From Okamejei kenojei (lineage: Eukaryota): DNA of 64,000 nt. Under the pieces are notes generated by a model. The model saw only the letters and a program-made list of their open reading frames with translations, ran no database searches and was not told the DNA's origin. Positions 25,270 to 38,604 of this stretch are shown in pieces (the first letter of the stretch is position 1; each line of letters opens with the position of its first letter). The stretch is taken from positions 21,266,001-21,330,000 of the forward strand of contig CM069163.1 in assembly GCA_035221665.1 (NCBI GenBank). Reading direction: 5' to 3'. The translations under genes were made by a program, and so were the position numbers.

Positions 25270-28200
25270 GTATGCTTAACATTTCAGGCTTTCATTGGTA
25301 TCAATGGAACCACGAAGAACCTGGAATAAGTTATGGTCAGGCAAAGTTTAATTGTTTAACTAACTTAATACCTTGAAGCAAAGTGCTGGATAGAATAAAA
25401 GGAGCAGACATATTCTCATTGGATCTCTTCGCAGCCCTTTGCTGTACAAAAAAGTGAGATGAGGGTATGAGATGAAATCTGTCCTTGACTTTGGAATAGA
25501 TTCAAGCAAGTGTAGTATTAAAGAGCCCTGGTAAAACTGATGAGTGTGAATCAAAGGCACACTTCCACTGATTCAAGTGATACCTCACACAAAGGAAGAT
25601 GATCATGGTTGTTGAAGTTGGTTATCTCATTCCCAAAACATTACCGCAAGACTTCCTCAGGGCAATAACCTAGCCCAACCACCTTCAGCTGTTTTTTACA
25701 GACCTTATCTACATTTTTTAAATGAGAAGATGGCATGATCATTAATGTCCAATTCTATTCGCATGGTTACAAGCAAATCCACAATATCAAACCATACAAA
25801 TTTAGTTTTTTTCAGTATGTATTCGCAAAACAGTAGTAACTACCTATATCCCACTGTTGGGTGGCTATTGGAGAGTATTTTACAACTTACAAGAATCCTA
25901 AAAGTAAGATGCTTGTACAAGCAATTAGAAATGTGCTGTACAATAGATAAGCAAGCACCTTAATGCCCTAGGAAAAAACTTCCTTATCCTAGTCCAATGG
26001 TTCGCGAGATCTTAAATATTCCACAGAGCTGCAATATTCCACTCATAACAATTTTTTTTTCACCTGGAGATCTGATAATTTCATTTCTATAATAATTCAA
26101 TTTGAGTTATTTTATTAGTTAAATAATTAAATATGTTAATTGGACTTTAAAGAATTTTCCAGCATTTTGTAAAGTTTTAGTAGTTTGTCTTTAACTGGCA
26201 CAATTAAATTTGCTTCTGACGATTGTGGATAATCTAAGGACGTGAGAGTTGAAAAAGGAAGCAAAAGGATGTAAAATCTAATCTACAGTATCTCTATTCC
26301 CTAGTCTTCAAAATTTTCTCGGATTTTACAACCTGCTATCTTTTCCAATTCGAATGTTCTCAAATTAAACACAACTTTCAGTCAATTGCAATTTTCATTG
26401 AACCAGTTAATGACTCATTATAGTGAGAACTCAGCAAACTTGAAGAGGGAAATGGGAAGCATAATTTGGAGGAAGGAAATGCTGTGTGGGACTTAAGTGA
26501 GAACTCTGAGTGTAAATTTTAAAGGACAGAGGAATAGGTCAGACTCATGGGAAATGTTTGCTGCAATCTTGAATGATATGCAGAAATGATATTGACTAAG
26601 ATTTAAGTGCAGAAACATTGAACACAATTTTGGGGAAGAAAGTTTGGGAAAGAGCACAAATTGAATTTTAAAGGAAGATTACATGGGCAATTTGAAGGAT
26701 GCATTGACTGAAATTTGCAGGATAGAGTGAAAGACAAGATTTGAAATGAGGATGCAGGAAGCAGGCAAAATTTGGAGGAAGCAAATTATGGAAAAAGCGA
26801 TGTAAACAAGAATTTGGGCAGTTCTGATCGAGATTTGGCCAATCATTGTTACTGATTTGATGAATCAATTTAAGAAATAACATTCAGAACAATTGAATTT
26901 GTGACTAACAGATTTCTGGGATGGTTTGTATGTGGTATGACTGGAATATCTGCACACTGAACATAGATTTGTAACAGACCGCATATCATTTGAAACTGGC
27001 ATCTTGATTGATACATTGAACAACAATCCATTCTGTTTACAGAATGAATCACATTAGGGATAAGGTTCACCCTGTCATTTTATAGGATATTGAAGGCTGC
27101 ATTGCTTACAGATTTCTCATTGAATAGGAGATGGGTGAAGATCTTATTTGCTGATGACAACTAAAATATAGGTGTTAATCTTATTTTTGTGTTGAGTCAG
27201 TAAGCAATATCCCTGATGGAAATGGAATGTTTTAATTTAAATAACCTAAGTAAATGACAAAGCTGGCATGACACACTGATTCATTAAAAAAAAAAATTCC
27301 CCTTAAGATCCTCTCAACACGACTCAAGCACCAACTCAGAAAGATACTCTTCACAGTATGAATTTTCCCATTTCTCATATGTCCATTCTTGTGGTCAGTT
27401 TCTGTGCCAGTATGTGCTGAAGGTTTGCCAGCTTTGTGAAGCAAGTCTGTTCTTGTTAACATCTGGCTTGCCACTGAACAGACTTATTTCGCCTGGTATC
27501 TGTACGGTAAAGAAAGAAGAGACTTTCATCCCAGCAGTTTGGATTACTTTCAAACCCATACACCAGATAATGAAGAACAAGGTGCTAACCCAATAAATGA
27601 CAACATTCCACATTAGTGATGACATTTTACAGCATACCATTCCTTCAGAATAACGGCAACTGTTAAACTCTGGACTAATCCAAATCTTAAAGAGACATGC
27701 GGTCTTCTGATACATTTAAGTAAAGGCTTTTTATGATAGACCAGTGAAACGCATAAAACAAGAAGGTCTCAGCCTGAATAGCTTTTTGGTTGTGTTAGGT
27801 GCAGCGATTTCAGCTGTGCAGGCACAATGTCATACAATTGGTCGAGGAAACACTGGACTAAAAAACAGTTAAAACTAATCTGCAAAGATTTATATTACTA
27901 TTTCTAAGTCAACATATGCTTTATGCCTTTATGCTTGGTGGAAGCTTGTAAATGCTATGTCAATCAATATTAAGTATGAGTAATATTAAATGAGTCTTGG
28001 CATCACCAATTCCGAAACGCTGTTTCTCAAACAATATTGCTTCATAATAGCTTGGGTGAGCTGGTGATAGTGTTTGTTCTGTGATCCACTTGAATTTCCG
28101 ACCATGGAGGAGAGTTTCGCCCACCTGGGACATCTATCAGGAATTTGTACAAGAGCTGCCTGTACTGTTCCTAATCTAATTGTGTGGAATGCATTCCACT

Positions 28201-28366
28201 TGGGCACGTCCCTGAATTTCAAGGGCTATATGATGTATTACACCAATGTACTAAGGTAGCCCCCAACTTTTAATGACATTTACAATTCTTCTCAATGGGT
28301 TTTGGAATGGATCTATTATTCAAGCATGTGGCATTAATTTCTTTCTATTTATGTGTATTATTCTAG

Positions 28367-28420
28367 GGACGTCCTGGGAGGAGAGGATTTCCAGGCAAAC
28401 CAGGACCTGATGGTCCTAAG
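28367..28420 (+). CDS. Collagen exon, 54 bp: GRPGRRGFPGKPGPDGPK
   Basis: Acceptor tattattctag, donor gtaaag. Confidence 0.94.
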
Positions 28421-28629
28421 GTAAAGAATACATGGATATAACAACATTGATCGTATTTTGACTGCTTTGTGTACATTTAACTAGAATTAAAGTAAAACAG
28501 TAAAATCTAAAATGCATTTCAAGAAATGTTTCCTCCAACATTTCACGATCACATTACATTAAAGCTCATTGATGTCCTCTGAGAGATGTCTTAACTTCAT
28601 TTGATAGCACCAGAATATAACTTTAGCTT

Positions 28630-29530
28630 TAATTTCTGGGACTTAATGAAGGGAAGACAGAGGTGATTTTGTTTGGACCCAATGGCTGCCGTGATCCTCC
28701 CTTTGTTGATTTGGGCCCATTGGCATTGTCCGTAAGGCCAACCGTTTTGAACCTGGGTTTTAGGATGGACGGTGATTTTAAACTAGATAAACAAATAGGC
28801 GCGGTGGTTAAGTCCAACTTCTTTCACCTAAGGAAGCTGGCAAAGGTGAAGCCCATTCTCGAGCGGCAGCATTTTGAAACAGTAATCCATGCCTTTATTA
28901 CATCTAGGCTGGATTATTGTAACGCACTCTACTCTGGAGTCGCAAGAGCTTCATTGGCTCGTCTCCAGCTTGTCCAAAATGCCGCCGCTCGCCTTTTGAC
29001 AGGAGCTCGAAAGAGGGAGCACATTACGCCAATTTTGGCCTCCCTTCACTGGCTCCCAGTGCATTTTCGAGTTCACTTCAAAATTCTTTTGTTTGTTTTT
29101 AAATCGCTGAATGGGCTCGCCCCGTCTTATCTCTCTGAGCTGCTCCACCTATATGCTCCTGCCCGGTGCCTCAGGTCAGCTGATCAGCTGCTCCTTGAGG
29201 TACCAAGGTCTAAGCGGAGGCTCAGAGGGGATAGAGCCTTTTCTGTTGCTGCTCCGGCACTCTGGAACACCTTGCCGCTGCACATCAGACAGGCCCCCTC
29301 ACTGTCCATCTTCAAATCCTCCCTCAAGACTCATTTTTATTCCTTGGCTTTCGACACTGGCTGAGGCTTTGCTCCTGTTCTTAGTGCTTTTAATGTCTTT
29401 TAACTTTTAGAGTGTGTTTTTTATAGTCCTTCGTCTTACGGTTTTTAATGGTTTGTAATGTTTTGTCCATGAGTTCTCATGTACAGCACTTTGTGGCAAC
29501 TGTAGTTGTTTAAAGCGCTTTATAAATAAA

Positions 29531-29567
<37 letters not shown>
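28630..29567 (+). mobile_element. L2-clade LINE 3' end with an uninterrupted ORF2 C-terminus and (ATT)n tail
   Basis: ORF 28663..29364: HAFITSRLDYCNAL..LQLVQNAAARLL..HITPILASLHWLPV..FKILL; AATAAAG followed by (TTA)n at 29525-29567. Confidence 0.9.
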
Positions 29568-29569
<2 letters not shown>

Positions 29570-31349
29570 AAACATTTATTAAAGTAAATTGTCATATTAC
29601 AACAATTTGTGCATGGATTAGAGAGAAATATGATTCTGGAAAGAAATGCAATTCTTTATCAAAATCTCTAAAATGAGGCTGGCCATTGAACCAAACTTAG
29701 CACTGTTTAGTTTCATCTTAAGTATAAGTTAACAAAAATATATATCAGCAAATTCTTTATCCTATTGTATGTTTTGCCACCGGGGCAGGAATTGTGCAGT
29801 GAGGATGTATTGGCTGCCTGGGAGAGATTAAATTCTAACATCCTGTTTGCAGATGGCCCTGTACGTTTTGAAAACAGGCATTTCTGTGGGTTCTAGCCCA
29901 GAAGAATATCAATATTCTGGGAGCATGACACCCCAATGGAAAGACACACCAGCAGTTGCCCATATTATTATTTTTCCAGTTGGGAGGAGAACATATGCAT
30001 CCTTGAAAATGATTTTTAATTGATCTTTTAGTGTAACTTTTGCCAGATTGCCAGTTACTGGTCATTGTTTTAAGACGTAATTTGCGAATTTATTGGAACT
30101 ATTACAAAAAACAGGCACTGGATCCAGACATCCCACGGGTGATGTGTAATTGGCCAGAGTGCTGATGTAAATGGAGCTGTGTATATGTGAGCTCCAACTT
30201 GAATTAAAATCAATTCTCTTGCCTGACAGTCTCGCAAAGCAAGTTCATGTTTTATTGAGTATTAAATATTCTGTGTACTCACAACATTCTTAATTTTGTA
30301 CTTTTTTTATGAAGAAACGTGGGAAACTTTCTAAAGTTGTGCACTTTTTCATAATTATAGTCACACTTACACCATAACATTACAAACACAGGAGTGAATC
30401 AGAGATTATAATAATTTCCTCACACAACCATTGCTTTCCTTGTGATGGTACGTGCCAGTACACTGTACCAGCACCTCTAATGTGACACGTATGTTTATTA
30501 ATCATGCTTAGCGATTGGACAATGTAAGTGAATGAATGAGAACATTTATTTATTTAGACTTAGAATTTAGTTATTATAAATTAAATATCCCCAATGTTGG
30601 GTATGTTAATAGAAAACAATTGTTGATAAATATAACTTAATTTTAATTGAGATGTGTACTGGCACATTTTTGTCTAGAAGTAAAGCACTTTGCTCAGCGC
30701 TATCGTAGTGAAATATTTGCAACAAAAAATGAATTGGTATTTCAAATATCAAAGGGAGATTCCATCATTTTCCTAACATTTGACCTCACATTGAACTGTT
30801 TCCTACACTTTGGTAACTGTGAGGTACTGTTTGAAATTCTGTTTATTATTTATTGGCAATGAAGAACTGCTTTGGAAGTATGCATCATTTATTCAATATC
30901 ACAAATTATAGGAAAGTAATAAATGTAAAATTATCTTGATATAATGACTGCATTTCGATCTTAGTTAATTATTGAACTTCTATGGATGTGACAGATGACT
31001 TGATATTATATAATTTTATATAATAATTTAATGACATTGCCTCTTTTACTTATGATGAGCATGCTATTTACATGGAATTTCATGGGCCTATTGTGCACAC
31101 ATGAATCTGGCTATTGTTTTATGACTGTGAACATGTTGAGCTTAAATAAGTTGAAGCTTTAGAGATAAATGTATTGATTTGTGATAAACTGTAATCAGGC
31201 CCCCACTGATCCTGGAAGTGCATTATTTAGATTGAGGATTTAGTTTTCTGTTCTTGTAGAAATACCAGGTTCTGGAGAATTTCAAAATAATCTTTAAATA
31301 TGTTAAGCTGTATTTGCTAAGATTTTGATTGTTTTCTCCCAACCCAAAG

Positions 31350-31394
31350 GGTGAACCTGGCGATCTTGGAAAAGTGGGGAAAGTTGGAGAGCAG
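31350..31394 (+). CDS. Collagen exon, 45 bp: GEPGDLGKVGKVGEQ
   Basis: Acceptor ttttctcccaacccaaag, donor gtactg. Confidence 0.92.
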
Positions 31395-31734
31395 GTACTG
31401 ATTGGCTTTTTGTTTGCATTTCATAACCACAATTCATTGTATTAAGCCGTATTTTAATTATTGCACATCTGGCGTAAATCTAAACGTGTTCAATTTTAAC
31501 CATGCACCATTTAAGCACTTAGTCCAGCTAACCAAACATGGACTTTTACAACTGTTTGTGCTGAGCTGGCAATATTGAATGTTGTATGTGCTAATCAATA
31601 AAAATACTGATTGCTGGAGAACAAATTGTGGTCCAGTCATTGCACTGCATAGTTGGGAAATTGATCATTGTTAATGAAGCACTGTAAGTATCTTATTTCC
31701 ATCAATAATACGTGTAGAGATTGTTTGCAAACAT

Positions 31735-31969
31735 CAGAGAGTGGTGAATCTCTGAAATTCTCTCCCACAGAAGGTAGTTGAGGCCAGTTCATTGTCTATA
31801 TTTAAGAGGGAGTTAGATGTGGCCCTTGTGGGCTAAGGGGATCAGGGGGTATGGAGAGAAGGCAGGTACGGGATACTGAGTTGGATGATCAGCCATGATC
31901 ATATTGAATGGCGGTGCAGGCTCAAAGGGCCGAATGGCCTACTCCTGCACCTATTTTCTATGTTTCTAT
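31735..31969 (+). mobile_element. CR1 LINE 3' end
   Basis: cagagagtggtgaatct..gatcagccatgatcatattgaatggcggtgcaggctc..ggcctactcctgcacctattttctatg. Confidence 0.85.
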
Positions 31970-32894
31970 CTTGTACCTTCAGTACATTTTGCTCCATTTT
32001 AACTCTACAAAATGTTTTAATTCATTTTTCAACTATTTCAAAATAAACAAGGAGAATAAAATCAGAACCGTCATTGTATGCTGAGCGATTCTTTTGACAA
32101 GTTGCTACATGTTGGGAGTATCACAAACATAACAGGGAATGGCCATGGAGAAGTGGCAAGCAGAACCCAAGGATCTACACTTATGGCAGGAATGAGAGAG
32201 TGTGTTTCATGGGGAGAATTGTCCATTGGTCATTGTTAGTGCCTCGCAAACATTTAAAGTTAACGATAGATTCGCTGGTTGCTGCATTATCTAAGCTACC
32301 AGGGGAGCAGCCATACATTTTCAAGTAGATAATGAGTAAGCAACATAAATTAATACAGCATTTCCATAAAATCACTATTTGTACAGCATGGAAAAAATGG
32401 ATATCATGAATCTGTATTATGTCCCGGGTAGTCATGAAGTATTGAGATATGAATACATATAAGAGATATGGAAATTTTGCGTGTAGGCCATGTGCAAAGA
32501 TCTGATCAGAACAGGATAACCAAGATAAGTTGAAATTAATTTCTAGTTTATAAAGAAAAAAGGGCTACAGCAATATGGAGTCAAAGTGGGGAAGTGGAAT
32601 CAATAGGATTAATTTTTAATCGAACAAGCATAAACTAAATCCGTTAAACTGTAATGTTTGGTGACTCATTATGTTTTTCTGGTGCCTCCTCCATGTTCGC
32701 ACTCACTGAGGAACTTAATTCAGATCTGATCTGTGCAGTCCCTTCCGTCCATAAACCCCACTGAAATACTGGTTAAAGGTATTTCAAAATGTGATAGAAA
32801 TTAAACGGATCAGTGAAAATGATGAATCGTTCAAAAAATTAAATAATCAGCATTACCTAACAATACTTAACTGTAATTTTAAAAAAATATATGA

Positions 32895-33105
32895 AGGAAA
32901 ATAGAGAGATTCCAAGGAATTATAGGCCGGTAAGCCTCACGATACAAGAAGGATTGTTAAAGTTATTGGAGAGGATTCTGCAGAACAGGATTTACGCCCA
33001 TTTGAAAGGGAATGGGCTAATTAGGAAGAGTGAGCATGGCTTTGTACATGGCAGGCCATATCTTACTAATTTGATCGAGTTTTTCGAGGCCGTGACAAAG
33101 GTTTG
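32895..33105 (+). mobile_element. CR1 RT N-terminal fragment
   Basis: ORF 32891..33106: NYRPVSLT..KLLERI..HGFVHGR..LTNLIEFFE. Confidence 0.8.
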
Positions 33106-33464
33106 ATGCTCTGCCGCCCAGGTCATATTGATACAAGTGACGCAAAAAATAAGAGTGCAATGTCACTCGGTCCATTTCAGTCAACGGAAAATAATAATAA
33201 TAATATTGGCAATCCATCCAATCCCAGGGGTTTCCGCCCTGTTTTCCACAGATTTCTAAGGGCCATGTTTGAACTTTTTTGTATTGGCTGGACATTTTGT
33301 GACACATGACTCAATTTAGGATAGTTTGTACAAAATTGCTGCTAATATGCAAGCCTGATTAATCATTGAAGTAACAAATGCTTCAAAGTCCATGCACATT
33401 AATTGGTGGATTCACAATGTTTGTTATTGCTTTTAAAATTAAAGAATGTTCTTTTCTTTACCAG

Positions 33465-33518
33465 GGCGTGGCAGGATTCATGGGACCAATTGGAGAGCTT
33501 GGGAAGACTGGGGAAAAG
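33465..33518 (+). CDS. Collagen exon, 54 bp: GVAGFMGPIGELGKTGEK
   Basis: Acceptor cttttctttaccag, donor gtatat. Confidence 0.93.
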
Positions 33519-34048
33519 GTATATAAAATTAATACCGTCAATTTATGTTAATACTGAGATATTGTAATACAATAGGCATCAGAATTACGCATGGATATTA
33601 ATGGCTGTTTTGAACAAAATAATACGTCATCTAACCCAGTGATAGGTTTCAAGTCCATAGTATGTAAAGGCATTGCATTTAATCCATTCTCTACAATTAA
33701 CACATTACTCAATTTGTTGGAAATAGAATTTAATTTTTGCCCCATATTGGCAAATTCCACTAATTTGCAGAAGCAAATCCCCTCACAGGTGAAGTAACAG
33801 GGAATGTTAGAAATAATTCAGGCATTTTAATGGAAAATTTGCCTTTTATCCAGGAAAGGTTGGAAGCACATGCAAAATGAACCGAAATAAGGAACTGAAT
33901 GTGATTAAAGAAAAGGGAAACAATGTTTAAAATTTGTAATTTTAAAATTTGTAATTTAGATGATATGTGTGGTATATTTTGCTATTCAATCACTGAGCTT
34001 CATTTTTCTATGGGGAGTTGACTGCATAAAGGGATATGGTGCAACATG

Positions 34049-34280
34049 GATAGACACAAAATGCTGCAGTTACCCAGCGGGTCAGGCAGCATCTCTGGAG
34101 AACATGGATAGGTGACATTTTGGGTCGGGACCCTTCTTCAGACTGATTGTAGTTGGGAAGTCTGAAAAGGGTTTCGATCCGAAATGTCATCTCTCCATGT
34201 TCTCCACAGACACTGCCTGACCCGCTGAGTTATGCCATCATTTTGTGTCTATCTTTAGTATAAACCAGCATCTGCAGTTT
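34049..34280. mobile_element. Head-to-head inverted pair of Penelope pLTR/hammerhead fragments
   Basis: 34049-34144 (minus) is the reverse complement of 34159-34253 (plus); both hammerhead cores are mutated. Confidence 0.78.
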
Positions 34281-34558
34281 TTGTTTTAATTACATTAATG
34301 TACCATGAATACAAGAAGGATATCTCCATGAATCTGGTTCAAGTGTAAACGCAAAAAGCTGAAGACATTACAATTCTGAATCCAAACTCTCAACATTTTA
34401 TACTGCCCTTTCCCCATCATTTTCGAAACACATTGGATCCATGATAATGAGCGCACACCAAGGGCAATGGTCCCATCTCTCTAAAGTCTCATGTTAGAGC
34501 GTTGTGTGAAGTGTACTCTGGAATACCCACTGACCATTGCTTGCTCTTGTTTCTGCAG

Positions 34559-34612
34559 GGTGATCGTGGTGAAACAGGTCCTCCAGGCCCTCCAGGAGTT
34601 AAGGGAGCAATG
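34559..34612 (+). CDS. Collagen exon, 54 bp: GDRGETGPPGPPGVKGAM
   Basis: Acceptor cttgtttctgcag, donor gtacgg; peptide visible in ORF 34502..34693. Confidence 0.95.
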
Positions 34613-34826
34613 GTACGGAGTACGTTTGGTGTCCCTCTCCCTATCTCTTTGCCTCCCTACACTCCTGCCCCTACAACCACTCAAACTCTTTAGCCTGTCT
34701 CTACAAACCTTCCCCACTCCCCTTCCTTATTCCTCTTTTACTACCTTCTCCCTGCCCTCTTTCCTCCTGACTTCTTTCTCCATGCATTTCCCCCACATTT
34801 TCCTGCAGTGTCCATCTCTCTGTCTG

Positions 34827-35930
34827 TTAGTGTGCAAAATTAGAGCACATGGTATTGTGAGTAGGGTATTGACATGGATAGAAAAGAGTAAGAATCAACG
34901 GGTCCTTTTCAGAATGGCAGGCAGTGACTAGTGAGGTGCCGAAGGCTTGGTGCTGGGACCTTAGTTATTTACAATATATATTTAGACAAGGGAATTAAAT
35001 GTGACATCTCCAAGTTTGCGGATGACTCAAAGCTGGGTGGCAGTGTGAGCTGTGATGCGGATGCTATGAGGCTGCAGGGTGACTTGGATAGGTTGGGTGA
35101 GTGGGCAGATGCATGGCAGATGCAGTATAATGTGGATAAATGTAAGGTTATCCACTTTGGTGGCAAGAACAGGAAGGAAGATTATTATCTGAATGGTGTC
35201 AGATTAGGAAAAGGGGAGGTGCCAAGAGACCTGAGTGCGCTTGTACATCAGTCACTGAAAGTAAGCATGCAGGGACAGCAGGCAGTGAAGAAAGCTAATG
35301 GCATGTTGGCCTTCATTGCTAGAGGATTTGAGTTTAGGAGCAAGGAGGTCCTACTGCAGTTGTACAGGGCCCTAGTGAGCATACCTTGAGTATTGTGTGT
35401 AATTTTGGTCTCCTAATTTGAGGAAGGACATTATTGCTATTGAGGGAGTGCTGCGGAGTTTACCGGGTTAATTCCCGGGATGGCGGGACTGACATATGAT
35501 GAAAGAACGGGTCGACTGGGCTTGTATTCACTTGAATTTAGGATGAGGGGGATCTTTTAGAAACATTAAATTCTTAAAGGATTGGACAGGCTAGATGCAG
35601 TAAAAATGTTCCCGATGTTGGGGGAGTCCAGAACCAGGGGTAACAGTTTAAAAATAAGGGTGGACCATTTAAGAGTGAGATGAGGAAAATCTTCTTCACC
35701 CAGAGAGTTGTGAATCTGTGGAATTCTCTGCCACAGAAGGCAGTGGAGGCCAATTCACTGGATGTTTTCAAGAGAGAGTTAGAGTTAGCTCTTAGGGCTA
35801 AAGGAATCAAGGGGTATGGGGAAAACGGGACTCTGATTTTAGATGATCAGCCATGATCATATTGAATGGTGGTGCTGGCTCGAAGGGCCGAATGGCCTAT
35901 TCCTGCACCTATTTTTCTGTTTCTATGTTT
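34827..35930 (+). mobile_element. CR1 LINE, 5'-truncated
   Basis: ORF 34931..35389 (SKFADDSKLGG..LQGDLDRL..WQMQYNVDKC) followed by a complete 3' UTR. Confidence 0.9.
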
Positions 35931-35939
35931 CCCAACCAC

Positions 35940-36420
35940 CCATTCATCCTTCTCATTCTCCTGCTCATCTTTTTTTCCCTTTCTCCTTCTCTTTACCCAA
36001 CCGCTTTCACATCAACTACCCCTTCTCCCCCTCTTGTCTCTTCACCATCTTCTCATTCCCTCCCGTCTCTCTGCCCTCTCTTTCTCTTTTTCCCTTATCT
36101 CTTTGCATTCCTTCCACTTCTTCCCTACCACTCCCCTGGCCTCCTCTACCTTCCCTTTCCCCTTTTCATTCTCTTCCTCGGCTCCCTTTCTCACCCCTTT
36201 GCTCTTGACCACCAATGTATGCTTTTCCTCTTTATATTCTCCTTCCTCTCTCCTTCCCCTACCACCCTGTCCTTTTACCTCCTCTCCTCCTTTCCCACCC
36301 CATTGCTTCCTCACATTCCTTTCCCCTGCTATCTCTCAACTCTTTCAACCTCTTTTTCTCCTCCCATTTATCTCCCTCTCCCTTATTTACTTGTTCTTCC
36401 CCCATACCCTCTCCCCCATG
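35940..36420. repeat. Pyrimidine-rich low-complexity tract
   Basis: Almost purely C/T sequence. Confidence 0.8.
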
Positions 36421-36480
36421 TTATTACGAAAGCCATGTTTTCTGAGTTATATTGACAGTTTCCATCCATCATACACATTT

Positions 36481-36790
36481 GTTTAGTTTAATTTAGAGAT
36501 ACAGCACAGAAACCGGACCTTCAACCCACCGAGTTCCGCGCCGACCAGCGATCCCTGCACACTAACACTATCCTGCAGACACTAGGGATAATTTACAATC
36601 CTTGCTAGCAAATTAACCTACAAACCTCTAGGTCTTTGGAGCGTGGGAAGAAACCCGAGATCCCGGAGAAAACCCACACAGGTCACGGGGAGGATGTACA
36701 AACTCTGTACAGACAGCACCCGCAGTCAGGATCGAACTCGGTTCTTTGGCATTGAAAGGTAGCAACTCAACCACTGTGCCACCATGCAGC
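36481..36790 (-). mobile_element. tRNA-derived SINE (elasmobranch HE1-like), near full length
   Basis: Minus strand has A box TGGCACAGTGG, B box GAGTTCGATCC, CR1-like tail and (TAAAC)n end. Confidence 0.82.
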
Positions 36791-37112
36791 CAATTTGCAT
36801 GATGAGTAAATAATCGCTTCATGATTATTTCTTAGATAACTGACAGACTTGCACAATGGATAAAATATACTCCTATAAATGCAAGTTCTGAAATGCATAG
36901 AGTCTGCAATTTTTTATGATCAGGAATTCGGAAATAAAATACTGCCAGTGCTGTAAATCGGACATAACAAGGGAAGGTTATAATCAGGCCAATACTACAA
37001 CTGCAGAAAGTGAAGCAGAGTTAATGTTTCATCAATGTCGGCTCCCGTCAACGATGCTGCCTGGTCTGCTGAATATTTCCAACATTTTCTGTAAGATTTT
37101 AATAAACAGGAT

Positions 37113-37430
37113 TGGCGGCACAATAGCACAGCTGGTAGACTGCTGCCTCAGCACCAGAGACCCGGGTTCATTCTGACCTTGGCTATTGTCTAGCTTTGAG
37201 AGTTTGCATGTTCCCCATGTGACTGCGTGGGATTCCACCTGGGCTCCTTTTATACCTCAAATACGTGTGAGTTTGTAGGTTGACTGGCCTCTGTAAATTC
37301 CCGTTAATGTGTAGGGAGTGGATGTGAAAGTGGGATAACATAGAACGAGTGTGACCAGGTGATCAATGGACGGTGTAGGCTCCATAGGCCAAAGAGCCCG
37401 TTTCCATATTCTAACTCCAAAAATAAAAAC
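37113..37430 (+). mobile_element. tRNA-derived SINE (HE1-like), diverged
   Basis: ggcacaatagcacagctggtag..cccgggttcattctgacc..ttccccatgtgactgcgtggg; inverted relative to the 36481 copy. Confidence 0.75.
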
Positions 37431-38117
37431 TTAAGGATTAAAAATAGACAATGTACAGTGGTTTTTTTTTTTAAACTTTACATTTCAATGCACAGGCACA
37501 AATGGGGTGTATTTTAAGTAATATTGGTCTTACATTTTACTCAGCTCTTTTGATAAAATACATCTCTTGATGCTCCTGAACACATCATCAGTGATGTAAC
37601 ATGGGGTCATTGGGTGTTTCGGGTCTTTCAACATCAGACACCCTCGCCCAGGTGACCCAGCCGTGGTTGATCAGACCACGACTTGTGTTCAGGTGGCATT
37701 CACTCCTCCCCATCGACCTCCTCCTCATCCAGAGCCATCTCGAGGCTTTCTCCGCTGCCTCTGTGGGGTTAGGTATTTCTTATCAAAAGCAAACATTTTA
37801 TGGGATTATATTCAATTTAATGGTGGTTCAATTATGTTATATTTGTCACATATGCAACTGGACGGTGAAATTCTTTTTTGCATATATTACATGTGGAGCC
37901 GCCATGTTTTGCCGCCATTTCCAAAATCCAAAGGCCAGTCGGCCTGTGCGCTCGATGTGCTGGAGCAATATCCATGAACCAACGTCCCTCTCCTCTCCTC
38001 GCTGCATTCACCAGGGTTAAAAATCGGGCAACAAGCTTGAATTATTCTTATTACGAGAGAGATTATGTGAATAGTTCATAGTTTGAAGATTGTGAAAGAC
38101 TGTGACCAGGTAAATTA

Positions 38118-38400
38118 GCAGATGTAGACACAAGGAACTGTGGACGTTGGTTTGCCAAAAAAGACACAAAGTACAGGAGTAACTGTCAGGCAGCATGTGA
38201 GGAGGTGAATAGGTGACATATTGGGTCTGGAATCTTCTTCAGACTGATTGTAGTAGAATGAATAAAGCTGGAAGAGAGGTGGGGGCAGGTTAAAGCAAGG
38301 CAAGTGACAGGTGGATACAGGTGAGGGGGTGTGGATGGCTGGACAAAGAGATGAAAAGACAAAAGGCTGTGAGATGAGGGGAAAAGAGGGAATCGAGGAG
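38118..38400 (-). mobile_element. Penelope pLTR fragment with a degenerate hammerhead
   Basis: Reverse complement reads caatcagtCTGAAGAagattccagacccaatatgtcacc at about 38212-38250. Confidence 0.65.
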
Positions 38401-38604
38401 CAGTGGGCTTAAGGTGAGGGGGGAAAGATTTAATGGAAACCTGAAGGGCAACTTTTTCACACAAAGGGTGGTAGGTAAAGAGCTGCTGAAGGAGGTGGTT
38501 GAGGCAGGTACATGGATAGGATAGGTTTGGAGAGGTATGGGCCAAATGCAGGCATGTGGGACTAGTATAGTGTAGATGGGACATGTTGGACAGCATGGAC
38601 AAGT

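Noticed and set aside
27440-27616. 58-codon open frame (..NIWLATEQTYFAWYLYGKERR..) that looks protein-like
   Set aside because: No start codon or clear acceptor, and I cannot match it to a family; its length is compatible with chance. BLASTX of 27200-27700 would settle it.
35843-36486. Hydrophobic ORFs of up to about 200 aa
   Set aside because: CR1 tail plus pyrimidine tract, open in several frames because of low complexity
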